Shown here one piece after another: positions 50,401 through 58,878 of a stretch of 64,000 nt of DNA; within the stretch, counting starts at the first letter, position 1; the number at the start of each line of letters is the position of its first letter. Source of the DNA: Calditrichia bacterium (lineage in GTDB: Bacteria; Calditrichota; Calditrichia; RBG-13-44-9; J075); NCBI GenBank assembly GCA_050633245.1, contig JBOEGD010000004.1, positions 159,095 through 223,094 on the forward strand, written 5' to 3'. The translations under genes and the position numbers were made by a program. The notes below the pieces were generated by a model, which was given only the letters and a program-made list of their open reading frames with translations, did no database searches and had not been told where the DNA came from.

Positions 50401-51606
50401 AATCTCGATCCGTCCGGTCCGTTTACGATAACTGTTGGCAACGCGCTGAACTTTACCGTTACCGGTACTGATGCCAATGCCGGCGACCTGATAACGATTA
50501 ACAGTAGCACCTTGCCGAGCGGTTCGACAATGGATCCTGCACTTCCGGTGACCGGCCCCAGCGGTATCTCTTCGTTATTTGACTGGACGCCAACTGCAGG
50601 TCAGGAAGGTAATTATACCATAACCTATACCACGACTGATAGCAGCGGAGCAAGTTGTAGCACCGTGGTTGATATCGTAGTTGAAGCAGCGCCTCCGGTA
50701 AATGAGGCTCCGTTTTGTAGTCTTGATCCTGCCGGCCCGTTCATTGTAAACGTGGGCGATGCGGTAGACTTTGTCGTAACGGGAATAGATCCAAATTCTG
50801 GCGACATTGTAACGATAGACGGCAGCAATCTGCCGACTGGTTCTGTGATGAATCCGGCACTACCGGTCAGCGGTGCTGACACCGTGAGTTCAGCGTTCAA
50901 CTGGACGCCTGTAGCGGGTCAGGAAGGTGATTATACAATTACCTACATCATTAGTGATAACAATGGTGCCAGTGATACCTGCGACGTTGCGATTACGGTG
51001 AACACCATCGGCACGGCCGGAGATTCTATTGCGCCGTTCTGCCAGATTACTGCGAACGACCCCGGACCACCGGAGACTATCGAAGTAACGGTTCAGGATT
51101 TTGAGTCTGGAATAGCTGAGGTTAACATTCTGAATACGACGAATGCCTCAATTGCCATTCCGGCTTTTAGCCCGGGAACGAATGATGCACTCATCATTAT
51201 CGCGACCAAGCTCGATCCAAATGAGTCTGCTACGGTTGTGCTTCAGGTGATTGACGTTGAAGGAAACATTACTGTTTGTGATCCGGTTTATCAGACGGTC
51301 TCAGCAGTTATTCCGGAAGGCTTCGTGCTGGAGCAAAACTTCCCGAATCCGTTTAACCCGAACACGCTGATTCGCTTTGATGTGCCTGCAACATCACTGG
51401 GTGCTCAAACGGTTAGCTTGCGTGTGTATGATATTAGCGGTCGCGAAATTCGCACGCTGATCAACGAAGCGGTTCAGCCTGGTCAGCATCAGGTTGAGTG
51501 GGATGGTCTCAGCAACAACGGTTCTCACGTCGCTGGCGGTATCTATTTCTATCGTCTGGTGTCTGGTGACTATGTCGCGACGCGGAAGATGGTCTACATG
51601 AAGTAG
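47458..51606 (+). CDS. Large surface protein: beta-propeller head, 8 Ig/cadherin-like repeats, T9SS-type CTD
   Basis: AAGGAG RBS, signal peptide, propeller-like blades, eight units of about 100-106 aa (N.PP.C..GPF..F.W.P..GQ.G.Y), QNFPNPFNP...RKMVYMK. Confidence 0.87.
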   Translation: MANQYRSAPRILRLAMCALILSGWGFAQNKIENKTPVSIEHFLQHNGQGDITLQKLERGTPDSRFTVPFVRGNVFAAVANGSVQHYDNNGNLLETLDSGLGGFTTGMASDADGNLYMTNFTGGFISRFTGPADPHTHSVFATADLASSVESILFDQNGDTYVGQAAGTSDIIKYNDAGTEIARYDVSVGPRGSDWIDLSADQTTMFYTSEGSDILRYDVVNNVQLTPFVSSLPGTAAYALRLLPGGGILVADSERIHRLDSNGTIAQSYDATGQDNWFALNLDPDGTSFWSGDFNTSNFYRFDIASGDILAGPINTGTGTFTLFGLSVFGEITVSTNNPPVCEITPAGPFTVQEGDLLTFDITAFDPNINDPITIEVVNLPANATMTPSLPLTGPSGVSSTFEWIPQYGQSGSFEVSFTVTDSSGAADTCDVSIFVEELERSPHCSIDPMGPYVVDEGQLVEFTVTALDSNLNDQVTLSVFNSLPSGAGMTPTLPITGAPGISSDFSWTPASGQAGTYRVTFSVEDNSAGGGGGFRAAAGSFDSCSVTIIVNEPNVDPSCDISPPGPFVLTTGETVGFTVTATDPNTGETVTIDSGNLPTGSTMNPALPASGSSGTSSDFSWTPAVGQEGSYTVSYTISDAAGATSTCDVSITVLEANIDPTCGISPSGPFTVTVGNALSFTVTGTDANSSDLITIISSTLPTGSAMNPALPLTGPSGISSDFNWAPVEGQEGNYSITYTITDTSGASCSSIVDILVEAAPPVNEPPVCVFSSTGPFTVTVGNALNFTVAGTDVNNGDLITITSSTLPTGSAMNPALPLTGPSGISSDFSWTPTTGQEGNYSITYTITDTSGASCGNTVEILVEAAPPINVPPVCNLDPSGPFTITVGNALNFTVTGTDANAGDLITINSSTLPSGSTMDPALPVTGPSGISSIFDWIPTAGQEGTYTITYTTTDSSGASCSTVVDILVEAAPPINVPPVCNLDPSGPFTITVGNALNFTVTGTDANAGDLITINSSTLPSGSTMDPALPVTGPSGISSLFDWTPTAGQEGNYTITYTTTDSSGASCSTVVDIVVEAAPPVNEAPFCSLDPAGPFIVNVGDAVDFVVTGIDPNSGDIVTIDGSNLPTGSVMNPALPVSGADTVSSAFNWTPVAGQEGDYTITYIISDNNGASDTCDVAITVNTIGTAGDSIAPFCQITANDPGPPETIEVTVQDFESGIAEVNILNTTNASIAIPAFSPGTNDALIIIATKLDPNESATVVLQVIDVEGNITVCDPVYQTVSAVIPEGFVLEQNFPNPFNPNTLIRFDVPATSLGAQTVSLRVYDISGREIRTLINEAVQPGQHQVEWDGLSNNGSHVAGGIYFYRLVSGDYVATRKMVYMK
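48466..51003 (+). repeat. Intragenic tandem repeats, about 309-318 bp period in the later copies
   Basis: Units starting at 50065 and 50383 are near-identical at DNA level; antisense shadow ORFs recur at 49362, 49671, 49989, 50307 and 50625. Confidence 0.92.
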
Positions 51607-51647
51607 ACATGGATGAACTTGATGAACTTCGAAAGATAGATGTTTTG

Positions 51648-51687
51648 AAAAAAGGCGCCCTGCACGATTGTGTTGGGCGCCTTTTTT
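51648..51687. terminator. Bidirectional-type intrinsic terminator
   Basis: AAAAAAGGCGCCC...GGGCGCCTTTTTT. Confidence 0.85.
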
Positions 51688-51801
51688 GTAATGAGGTTGA
51701 TTTAATGGCATTCTATGTGAACTTGATTTTTCTTTCACATTTGATTTAGTTACCATACGCGGGGGACAACAAACTATACATTATAGATGATAAGGTGAAT
51801 T

Positions 51802-52256
51802 ATGACTGAATTCAGGGTGATCTTACCTGAGGAAAAGTACACTACGTTGAAGTTTAAGCAGGAGATCTACCGGGTGTTGCAGTTGTGAATGCGAACCTTA
51901 AAACATTCGAGCCAAAAGAGGTTTTTGGTTGGCACTGCTCAATATGGATTGTATTAGAGGAGCTAATTGAAAATGGCATGCCCTCAAAAGAGGAAGTCAA
52001 AATAATTGAGGCTTTTGAAGATAAACTAGACAAGCAAATAAAAGGAGACATTGAGAAACCGAATGCATTGTTTTTAGCGCGTATTACCTGGAATGAATCC
52101 AGAGAATTAATTTGGAGGGTATTTGACCCTGAGCCAACATATTCCTTTTTAACAGAAATTATTGAAAATAGGAATCATCAACGAAGCTTTGATTTTCGAA
52201 TTGACCCGGTTAAAGAGTGGGAACTTGCTAAGTGGCACCTGGATAATGTGAGATAA
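51802..52256 (+). pseudogene. DUF695-like gene with apparent 1-nt deletion near 51863 (or sequencing error)
   Basis: ATG 51802 (TAAGGTG RBS) reads MTEFRVILPEEKYTTLKFKQ and stops at 51888; the adjacent frame continues DLPGVAVVNANLK...GMPS...RITW...WELAKWHL. Confidence 0.65.
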
Positions 52257-52322
52257 AATAAAGAATATTTGGATTTCTTGTGGTTTTAGGGCAAGGTAGA
52301 TAAATCGCGATCGAGAAAGAAT

Positions 52323-53261
52323 ATGAAAGTACACGTTTGTCTGATACAAGATAGCCCGGTGTTTTTTGACAAAGAAAAAACTTTGGCTAAAGTCGAAGAG
52401 TTGGCTGCTAAATATGCAAAGCAGGGTTGTCAACTTATCGTATTCCCGGAGTCATTTATTCCCGGATACCCGCGGGGGTTTTCCTTTGGTGCAAAAGTAG
52501 GAAGCAGGAGTGCTGAAGGTAGACAGCAGTATCTGGATTACTATCAAAATAGTGTGGATCTGGAGAGCAATGATATAACACGTCTGGAGGAATTGGCGGC
52601 GTCGCTTAATGTGTACTTGGTTATAGGCCTGACGGAAAAAAACGATAGTTCCGGCAGTCTATTCTGTTCAATGGTCTATATTTCCCCAACTGATGGCCTG
52701 CTTGGGGTGCATCGCAAAATTAAGCCGACTGGGACGGAGCGCATTGTTTGGTCGGAAGCTGCGGGCGAGTCGCTGGTTACAGTTCAGACAGAAATCGGAA
52801 GGCTTGGTGGACTCATCTGCTGGGAAAACTATATGCCACTCGCGAGAATGGCAATGTTTCAAAGGGGAGTTGAAATATACATTGCTCCAACGGCAGACTC
52901 GCGCAAGGAATGGACGGCAACGATGCAGCATATTGCGCTGGAAGGCCGCTGCTTTGTGTTGGGTTGCAATCAGTTTTTTACGAAGTCGATGTATCCGCAA
53001 AAATATCAGAATACTGTCGCAGAAGAACCTGAGAACCTTTGCCCTGGTGGAAGCGTGATTATATCGCCACTTGGCAAAATTATGGCCGGACCATTATTTG
53101 ATGAAGCCGGTGCGTTGATTGCTGAATTGGATTTGGAAGAAATTGGTCGTAGCAAGCTGGATTTCGATGTGGTTGGCCATTACTCGCGCAAAGATATATT
53201 TCAGCTTCATGTGGTAGGTCAGCCGGAGACAAAGAAAGAGAGTTTGCGCTCGAAAAAATAA
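52323..53261 (+). CDS. Nitrilase (carbon-nitrogen hydrolase)
   Basis: Catalytic triad motifs FPES, HRKIKPT and ICWENYMPLAR; DVVGHYSR. Confidence 0.92.
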   Translation: MKVHVCLIQDSPVFFDKEKTLAKVEELAAKYAKQGCQLIVFPESFIPGYPRGFSFGAKVGSRSAEGRQQYLDYYQNSVDLESNDITRLEELAASLNVYLVIGLTEKNDSSGSLFCSMVYISPTDGLLGVHRKIKPTGTERIVWSEAAGESLVTVQTEIGRLGGLICWENYMPLARMAMFQRGVEIYIAPTADSRKEWTATMQHIALEGRCFVLGCNQFFTKSMYPQKYQNTVAEEPENLCPGGSVIISPLGKIMAGPLFDEAGALIAELDLEEIGRSKLDFDVVGHYSRKDIFQLHVVGQPETKKESLRSKK

Positions 53262-53263
53262 TC

Positions 53264-53340
53264 ACTGCCTCATTGCCTTCTTCTACTCACTTTGGTTTCT
53301 TTCCTTCGTTTCTGCCCTTCGTTTCTGACTGCCTACTGCC
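53264..53340. repeat. Short-repeat tract at a convergent gene junction
   Basis: CCTTCGTTTCTG at 53303 and 53316; ACTGCCTACTGCC at 53328; ACTGCCT/ATTGCCT near 53264. Confidence 0.75.
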
Positions 53341-56300
53341 CGACTAAAACCCGTTTTCTTTTTCCTGGTAGCAATTCCCCATCCTTAAATCGAAAACCAA
53401 ACTTTGTTGTTATGCGATCGCGTTCAATTTTGAGTATCTCGGAGCGACTACCATGTTGCAGATAGTCCTGCAGAAGACGCAGATCGACGCTTTGGGTAGT
53501 CTTATTTGCAAGCCGATAGTAGAGCATTTCTCCATCATTCGAGAACATCATCTCGCGAAGCTGTTCCTTTTCATCGAGTGGAATAGTTGCTAACAATAAC
53601 TCGCGTTGCCAATCCCATAGCTCGAGGTCGCTGCTTGCCCATTTACGTGAAATGGCCAGAAGGTTGCCCTTTGGAGCAAAGCGAAGCATGCCAAGCGGTT
53701 TCTCTGATTCATTTAGCCAGCGAGCTTCTTTTTGTGTCTTTAGTTCACGCAAAACAACCGTTGCACGATCGTTACTGTACGCTAAATAGCGATTATCTGG
53801 TGAAAATGCCAATTCACTGCCACCAGCTGCGGGACAAACAAACTGCTCAATTTGAGACTTCGAGGCGATATCGAAAACATAGATGTTACCATCTGCGCAG
53901 TCTGCCGCAACGAGAGTCGCATCGGCAGAAAAGGCAATTTTACGAACCAGAGCGGGTAGGGGATAGGCAAAAAGCGAATCTCCATTCTGGGCGTTGAGCA
54001 ATTTAAATTCTCCACTCTGACGGCATATAGCAAGCATACTTCCATCGCTAGATAGTTGCACGTTGACCGCATCGTTATCCGCACGGATTAAGCGCTTACG
54101 TCCGTCAGGCAATTCTAAAACCGTTATGGTTCCATCATTCCCATAGGCAACAAACCGACTTGGTGAGGCAAAGAAATAAAGGCTATGCAGCAATTCATTC
54201 TCCGCCATAGACTTCGTTGATTCGCCAGTCTGGGCATCGAGCCAGTGCAGGCTGTCCATGGATGATGCGGCGATGATAAGACGATTTTCCTCATCAACAT
54301 AACTGCCGTGGAGCATGCGTATATTTGCCGGAAATGGCTGACTTGCCAAAGGCTTTTGTTCACTGAGATTCCAAAATGTTGCGCTGTGGTCGCGTCCGCC
54401 GCTGAACATTTTCATTTCATCCGTTGGGTGAAAGGCAAAATCCCAAATAACTCTGTGGTGTGCTTTAAAGCTCTCTATTTCCTGGCCTGCGGTTTCGATA
54501 AGTGTTATGGTTCCGTCGATATCCCCAATTGCCAACCGGGTAGAATGACGATCAAATTCTAACGAACGAATTTGACTGTTGCCGCGAAATTGTGATGTCT
54601 TTTTGATAGACGCTCCACGCAAATCATAAAGTTGAACGAGGGTGTCGCTGAGAAGCGTGGCAAAAAGCTCGGCATTAGGACTGAATTGCGAATACCAAAA
54701 GTCGACAGGGATGCTGCTCTTTTTAAGTTGCATGCGTCCGCTTTGTATATCAAAAACTCTCAGGGAGTTTTCCAGCGAAGCGGTATGCATTTTTGTGCCA
54801 TCTTCAGAAAAGGCTAGTGCAACAACGGGTGAATTGTGCTCGTCAATTTTCTTTTCTTGCTGCAGTTTGCCATTAATCAGTTTCCAGATTATAGCACTTT
54901 TATCATTTGAACCCGATGCAAAACGATTACTGCGATGATGCGCTGCCAGGGCATAAACTTGTCCGGTATGCATGTTGATCGTCTGAATACAAATCTGTGA
55001 TCCGATATCCCAAAGCCGGAGGCTGTGGTCTGCTGATGAGCTGAGTAATAAACGGGAGTCTGCGCTAAATTGCAGGTCCAGGATCTCGGCAGTATGGCCT
55101 GTTAATACAATCTTCTCAGTACCTGAAGCAGCATCCCAAATACGGATGCTTTTGTCAAATGCTCCCGTAGCGACAGTTTCTCCATCCGGGCTAACGGCCA
55201 CCGACAGCACGTCACGATGATGACCACTTAAACGTGCTACTTGCTGTAAGTCGTATGTCCAGAGGCTAATTGTTTTGTCTTCGCTGGTAACTGCAATACG
55301 CCCATTGTTACTGGCAATACTCCTGATTTTAGCTGCATGGGAAATTGCGCTGGTCGCTTTTTCACCGCTATTTACAGACCATTTTTGCAGCTCACCTTTT
55401 TCAGTTCCGACTAAGAGATTTTCTCCGTTCGGAAGGAATACTAAATCTGTCACATTACTGTTGCTGCTGAGTGTAGACTGAATCATGTTCTCCTCGATAT
55501 CCCAAATCAGCATCTGTCCGGAATTAGCAGCGATGGCTAACAGTCTGTTGTCAGGAGAGAGTGCCAGCGTAGGAACACTTCCATTTTGTTGAGGCAATGA
55601 GCTTTCTTTAATTGCCGTAAGCATATTCCAGATAAATACATTGCCATCGCGTGATGAAGAGATGAGCTTTTTGCCATCTGCGGTAAATTGAAGTGCAAGG
55701 ACGGGGCCGGTATGTCCCTGAAACTGCTTTGCAATTTTACCACTTGCCAGATCGAAAATACGAATATTGCTATCTTGCGAACCACTTGCCAACAGCTGCC
55801 GATCAGGCGAGAGCGCCAGACAGAGCACCCCGGTTTTACTAACACGAAAAATTTGCTCGGTCTTGAGTGTGTTTATATTCCAGATGGAGATGGTGCCGTC
55901 AATGCCTGCAGATGCAATTCGCTGGTCATCAATAAACAGCGCATCTATTGCCACACTACCATGTTTCTTGGCTGAACTTTTTTCAACTCCCTTTGCGATA
56001 TCCCATAAACGAATCGTGCCTGAAGAAGTTGTCGTTGCCATCAAGGTGCCGTTCGGATGAAATGCGACGCCGTAATGGCTTTCTTTACCAGGAGTGGGGG
56101 AACGCCAGATTTCTTTGTTGACCTTCCTTCGCAATTCATCTTGAAGAACTAACGACATTGCCTTAGCAGAAGACCTGTCGCTTTTCTGATTGATCGCAAG
56201 TGCTTCCAGCGCATAACCGTAAGCACGACTGTAATTTCCCGGTGTTAAAGGAGCGTCCCTGTCTGTGAGTTCTTGAGATGCCCGAAATTCAAGATGTCTT

Positions 56301-56446
56301 GCCTCTTGCCAGCTGGCCTCATGATTAATAATGTTCTCACTCCGGGCATCATTATCACTTTTACACTGATAGGCTGTTAGAGATAGCAGTAGCAATAGCA
56401 GAACGCCAGGTAAGGACAGCGAAATAACTTTTTCGTTTGTATTCAT
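53333..56446 (-). CDS. WD40-repeat protein, probably exported or a lipoprotein
   Basis: Many GH..V..V.FSPDG..LA.GS.D.SIRIWD repeats; hydrophobic N-terminus ending LTAYQC. Confidence 0.9.
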   Translation of the reverse strand: MNTNEKVISLSLPGVLLLLLLSLTAYQCKSDNDARSENIINHEASWQEARHLEFRASQELTDRDAPLTPGNYSRAYGYALEALAINQKSDRSSAKAMSLVLQDELRRKVNKEIWRSPTPGKESHYGVAFHPNGTLMATTTSSGTIRLWDIAKGVEKSSAKKHGSVAIDALFIDDQRIASAGIDGTISIWNINTLKTEQIFRVSKTGVLCLALSPDRQLLASGSQDSNIRIFDLASGKIAKQFQGHTGPVLALQFTADGKKLISSSRDGNVFIWNMLTAIKESSLPQQNGSVPTLALSPDNRLLAIAANSGQMLIWDIEENMIQSTLSSNSNVTDLVFLPNGENLLVGTEKGELQKWSVNSGEKATSAISHAAKIRSIASNNGRIAVTSEDKTISLWTYDLQQVARLSGHHRDVLSVAVSPDGETVATGAFDKSIRIWDAASGTEKIVLTGHTAEILDLQFSADSRLLLSSSADHSLRLWDIGSQICIQTINMHTGQVYALAAHHRSNRFASGSNDKSAIIWKLINGKLQQEKKIDEHNSPVVALAFSEDGTKMHTASLENSLRVFDIQSGRMQLKKSSIPVDFWYSQFSPNAELFATLLSDTLVQLYDLRGASIKKTSQFRGNSQIRSLEFDRHSTRLAIGDIDGTITLIETAGQEIESFKAHHRVIWDFAFHPTDEMKMFSGGRDHSATFWNLSEQKPLASQPFPANIRMLHGSYVDEENRLIIAASSMDSLHWLDAQTGESTKSMAENELLHSLYFFASPSRFVAYGNDGTITVLELPDGRKRLIRADNDAVNVQLSSDGSMLAICRQSGEFKLLNAQNGDSLFAYPLPALVRKIAFSADATLVAADCADGNIYVFDIASKSQIEQFVCPAAGGSELAFSPDNRYLAYSNDRATVVLRELKTQKEARWLNESEKPLGMLRFAPKGNLLAISRKWASSDLELWDWQRELLLATIPLDEKEQLREMMFSNDGEMLYYRLANKTTQSVDLRLLQDYLQHGSRSEILKIERDRITTKFGFRFKDGELLPGKRKRVLVGQ

Positions 56447-56457
56447 ATAACGTCTTT

Positions 56458-57540
56458 CTATACCTGCTGAAAATGTAGGGGTGAAAATTTGGCTAACTGG
56501 CGTAATATAGTGCTGTATACGCCAGTCCTAAAGAGATAATAGTCACAATATTCTACTGTCTGGTTGCTAAGAGAGCTCTTATATGAATGATTGCCCATCA
56601 GATCGAATATAGTGCCATGGTCGAAGTAATCTGCAATATGTTCGACCATTACCAACTTGCCGGGTGAAAGCTGTTGATAGTCGCTGCGAAACGCGGTTTG
56701 TAGTCCAAATGCTTTTCCCAAATAATTAACTGACCAGCTAATCGCAATATCTTTTTCTGCGGCCTTTAAAATAGTGCAGTGCAGGTTCCTCGAAGCCGCG
56801 AAGCCTGAAAAGATCTGCTCGAAAAAAGAACCATCGTTTGCGTTCCTTGTAATCGAGCGTGGCGAATTGTGTTTCCAGCCGGATCGATAGATGTCCAGAA
56901 AGCGTTGCCAAAGTTCGGGTATGTCATCAACCTTTTCTCCGATTGCTGTTCGCTCGAGGGTAAGAGTCTGTCCATTAAAGCTCTTTCGTAAAAAGGCTTT
57001 ATGTCGTTTAAGATGTTTTTTTGAAAGCACATTTTGAAGAAAATCTGCGCGGTTACCTGCTTCTGTTCGTTGAATAGTTTTTGGCAGTGCAAGGGCGCTG
57101 AAATGATTCCTGTTCTTCCTGATAAACGAATCGATGGCAATTATTTGTCTGCCTTGCGCGGTGATCTTAAACAAGCAGGTATTTGGAAGCAGAGCTTTTT
57201 TTTGCACAAATATAGAGTGTAAGAGTGATGGAATATAGTCTTCCCTGAGCATCAAACTACATAGATTGATGTGCTGCTCAAAAAAGTGGTAGCGGTATAC
57301 TGGCAATCCTGCGAACTGCCCGCGGGTTTTCAGAAACGGAATAATACCAACCAGTTCTTTGTCCTGATGACATATCAGGTATGTTGGTCGAGTCGAGGCA
57401 AAGTAGGATTTTCTGGCAGTCGCCTGCCAAAAATAGCTGTTACACAGATGGGGAAAGTGTTGTGTAGATAAGCGTGACCAACTTGCAGACAGATCTAACT
57501 CTGTCTTCACGTCTTCTGAATGCAGGATGTCTATCTTCAT
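56458..57540 (-). CDS. GNAT-fold protein (CelD/BcsL, Acetyltransf_6-like)
   Basis: LVGIIPF, W.....FFEQI, YQQLSPGKL, FDLMG..SYK; ATGA overlap with the upstream ATP-grasp gene. Confidence 0.75.
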   Translation of the reverse strand: MKIDILHSEDVKTELDLSASWSRLSTQHFPHLCNSYFWQATARKSYFASTRPTYLICHQDKELVGIIPFLKTRGQFAGLPVYRYHFFEQHINLCSLMLREDYIPSLLHSIFVQKKALLPNTCLFKITAQGRQIIAIDSFIRKNRNHFSALALPKTIQRTEAGNRADFLQNVLSKKHLKRHKAFLRKSFNGQTLTLERTAIGEKVDDIPELWQRFLDIYRSGWKHNSPRSITRNANDGSFFEQIFSGFAASRNLHCTILKAAEKDIAISWSVNYLGKAFGLQTAFRSDYQQLSPGKLVMVEHIADYFDHGTIFDLMGNHSYKSSLSNQTVEYCDYYLFRTGVYSTILRQLAKFSPLHFQQV

Positions 57541-58631
57541 TTGCGGGTTCCTGCCGAAGATGTCTGGTCGATGTCAAAAATAAATCGCAGGAGTGCGCCG
57601 GCACTGTCTCTGATCTCATCGCGATTATAAGCAAGATAGTGTCCATAGATGCTGGGTGTGGTATTCACTTCATTGATTTTGGAGCGTTCATCGGCAGGTA
57701 CAGAAATATCGGGAGTTATTAAATCCACTCCTCCGAAGACAATGCCCAGCGTTTTTGCGGCCTTGACGGCCATTTCTAAAAAGTCCGGATGAACTCTGGA
57801 AGTGACTTCTTCTACGGTTCCGCCCTGATGTCCATTGCAGATAGTTTTTACCTGAACCGCCATTCCATTTGGCGGTATCGATCGTAGTGACAATGAATGA
57901 CGCTTCAGCGTAAGGCCTAAGTCACGCGTATGGGCTATTTCCCATAATTTTGGCATTTCTTCCGACTTAAGTCTTCGGGCGTTTTCCAAACGTATGAGTT
58001 TTTTGATTGTAGACTTCCCATCTCCTATCACGGTGGCGGGAATTCGCTTAACCGCGCTAACGACGGTGTTGCCAAGAACCAGTAGCCGAATATTGTCCCC
58101 GGGGACAAACTCTTCAACCATAACCCGAGAGTCATAAAATGACGCCTCGTAGAATGCGCGACGCATGTCTTTTGAGTTGGCAAGACCAGCAGTAATACCT
58201 ATTCCACTGCTGGTGCCCCGGCGAGGTTTTACGACCGCGATTCCACCTAGTTCATTTCTAAAATCTTCGGCTTTTTTTAATTCATTTCTGGTAAAATCTT
58301 TTGCTGTTGGAACAGGAAGTCCGACGCGCTGAAGAAGCTCCGCACTAAGCTGCTTGTCACTCGCCATTTTTAATGAGATCGCAGGATCCAATTCCGTGAT
58401 GTTTGCTCGCAGAAATGAGGAGCGACCTCGGTATGAAAACTCCAGCATGCCACCAGAATGTCGCGTCACAGCTATTCCCAGCTTGCTCGCTGCATCTAAA
58501 AGTAAGGCGTTTTCTTTGCGCAGAGAATCAGAGAAATGATCGGTGCCGGTTGTTACTGCTGCAATTTTATTGCGCACCTTACCGAAAAGAAATTGCCAAA
58601 GCAGATAAAGGTAATCTGGGCGTAGAATCAT
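57537..58631 (-). CDS. Stand-alone ATP-grasp ligase (cyanophycin-synthetase/GshAB ATP-grasp-like)
   Basis: SDKQLS..GLPVP, VVKP..GIGIT, VEEFVPG.IRLLV, RIPATVIGDGKSTI..LI..EN, GGVDL, NEVNTTP; no Mur-ligase domain. Confidence 0.82.
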   Translation of the reverse strand: MILRPDYLYLLWQFLFGKVRNKIAAVTTGTDHFSDSLRKENALLLDAASKLGIAVTRHSGGMLEFSYRGRSSFLRANITELDPAISLKMASDKQLSAELLQRVGLPVPTAKDFTRNELKKAEDFRNELGGIAVVKPRRGTSSGIGITAGLANSKDMRRAFYEASFYDSRVMVEEFVPGDNIRLLVLGNTVVSAVKRIPATVIGDGKSTIKKLIRLENARRLKSEEMPKLWEIAHTRDLGLTLKRHSLSLRSIPPNGMAVQVKTICNGHQGGTVEEVTSRVHPDFLEMAVKAAKTLGIVFGGVDLITPDISVPADERSKINEVNTTPSIYGHYLAYNRDEIRDSAGALLRFIFDIDQTSSAGTRK

Positions 58632-58878
58632 AAGTCTATTTTGTCCTGAATAATTGAGACATCAAGCTAAGCAAAAATAGATCGTTAAACCTGAAAAGTA
58701 TCACAATTTGACGGTCTGCTTTCAAAGAGCGTCTAGCAAAACATGCCCTCTATCTTGTGCTATTGCCCACGCTTACTACTGTCGACTATTAGGTATATTT
58801 TGTTCACCGGGTTGCGAAAGATTTTGAAAAAATGTGTATTAAGAACTAACCTTCGCGTGCGTAACATAATAAAAAAGA

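Noticed and set aside
48354-50900. Series of repeated minus-strand 64-107 aa ORFs
   Set aside because: Antisense shadows of the tandem repeats in the 1382-aa gene.
51612-51629. GATGAACTT repeated twice after the adhesin stop codon
   Set aside because: Two copies of a 9-mer with no link to the other repeat families; may be chance.
57537-58631. Cyanophycin synthetase (cphA) call
   Set aside because: Only 364 aa, lacks the Mur-ligase domain, and no cyanophycinase gene is nearby.
58632-58878. Possible RiPP precursor for the ATP-grasp enzymes
   Set aside because: No short ORF with an RBS and a graspetide-like Asp/Glu/Thr/Lys core was found by eye.
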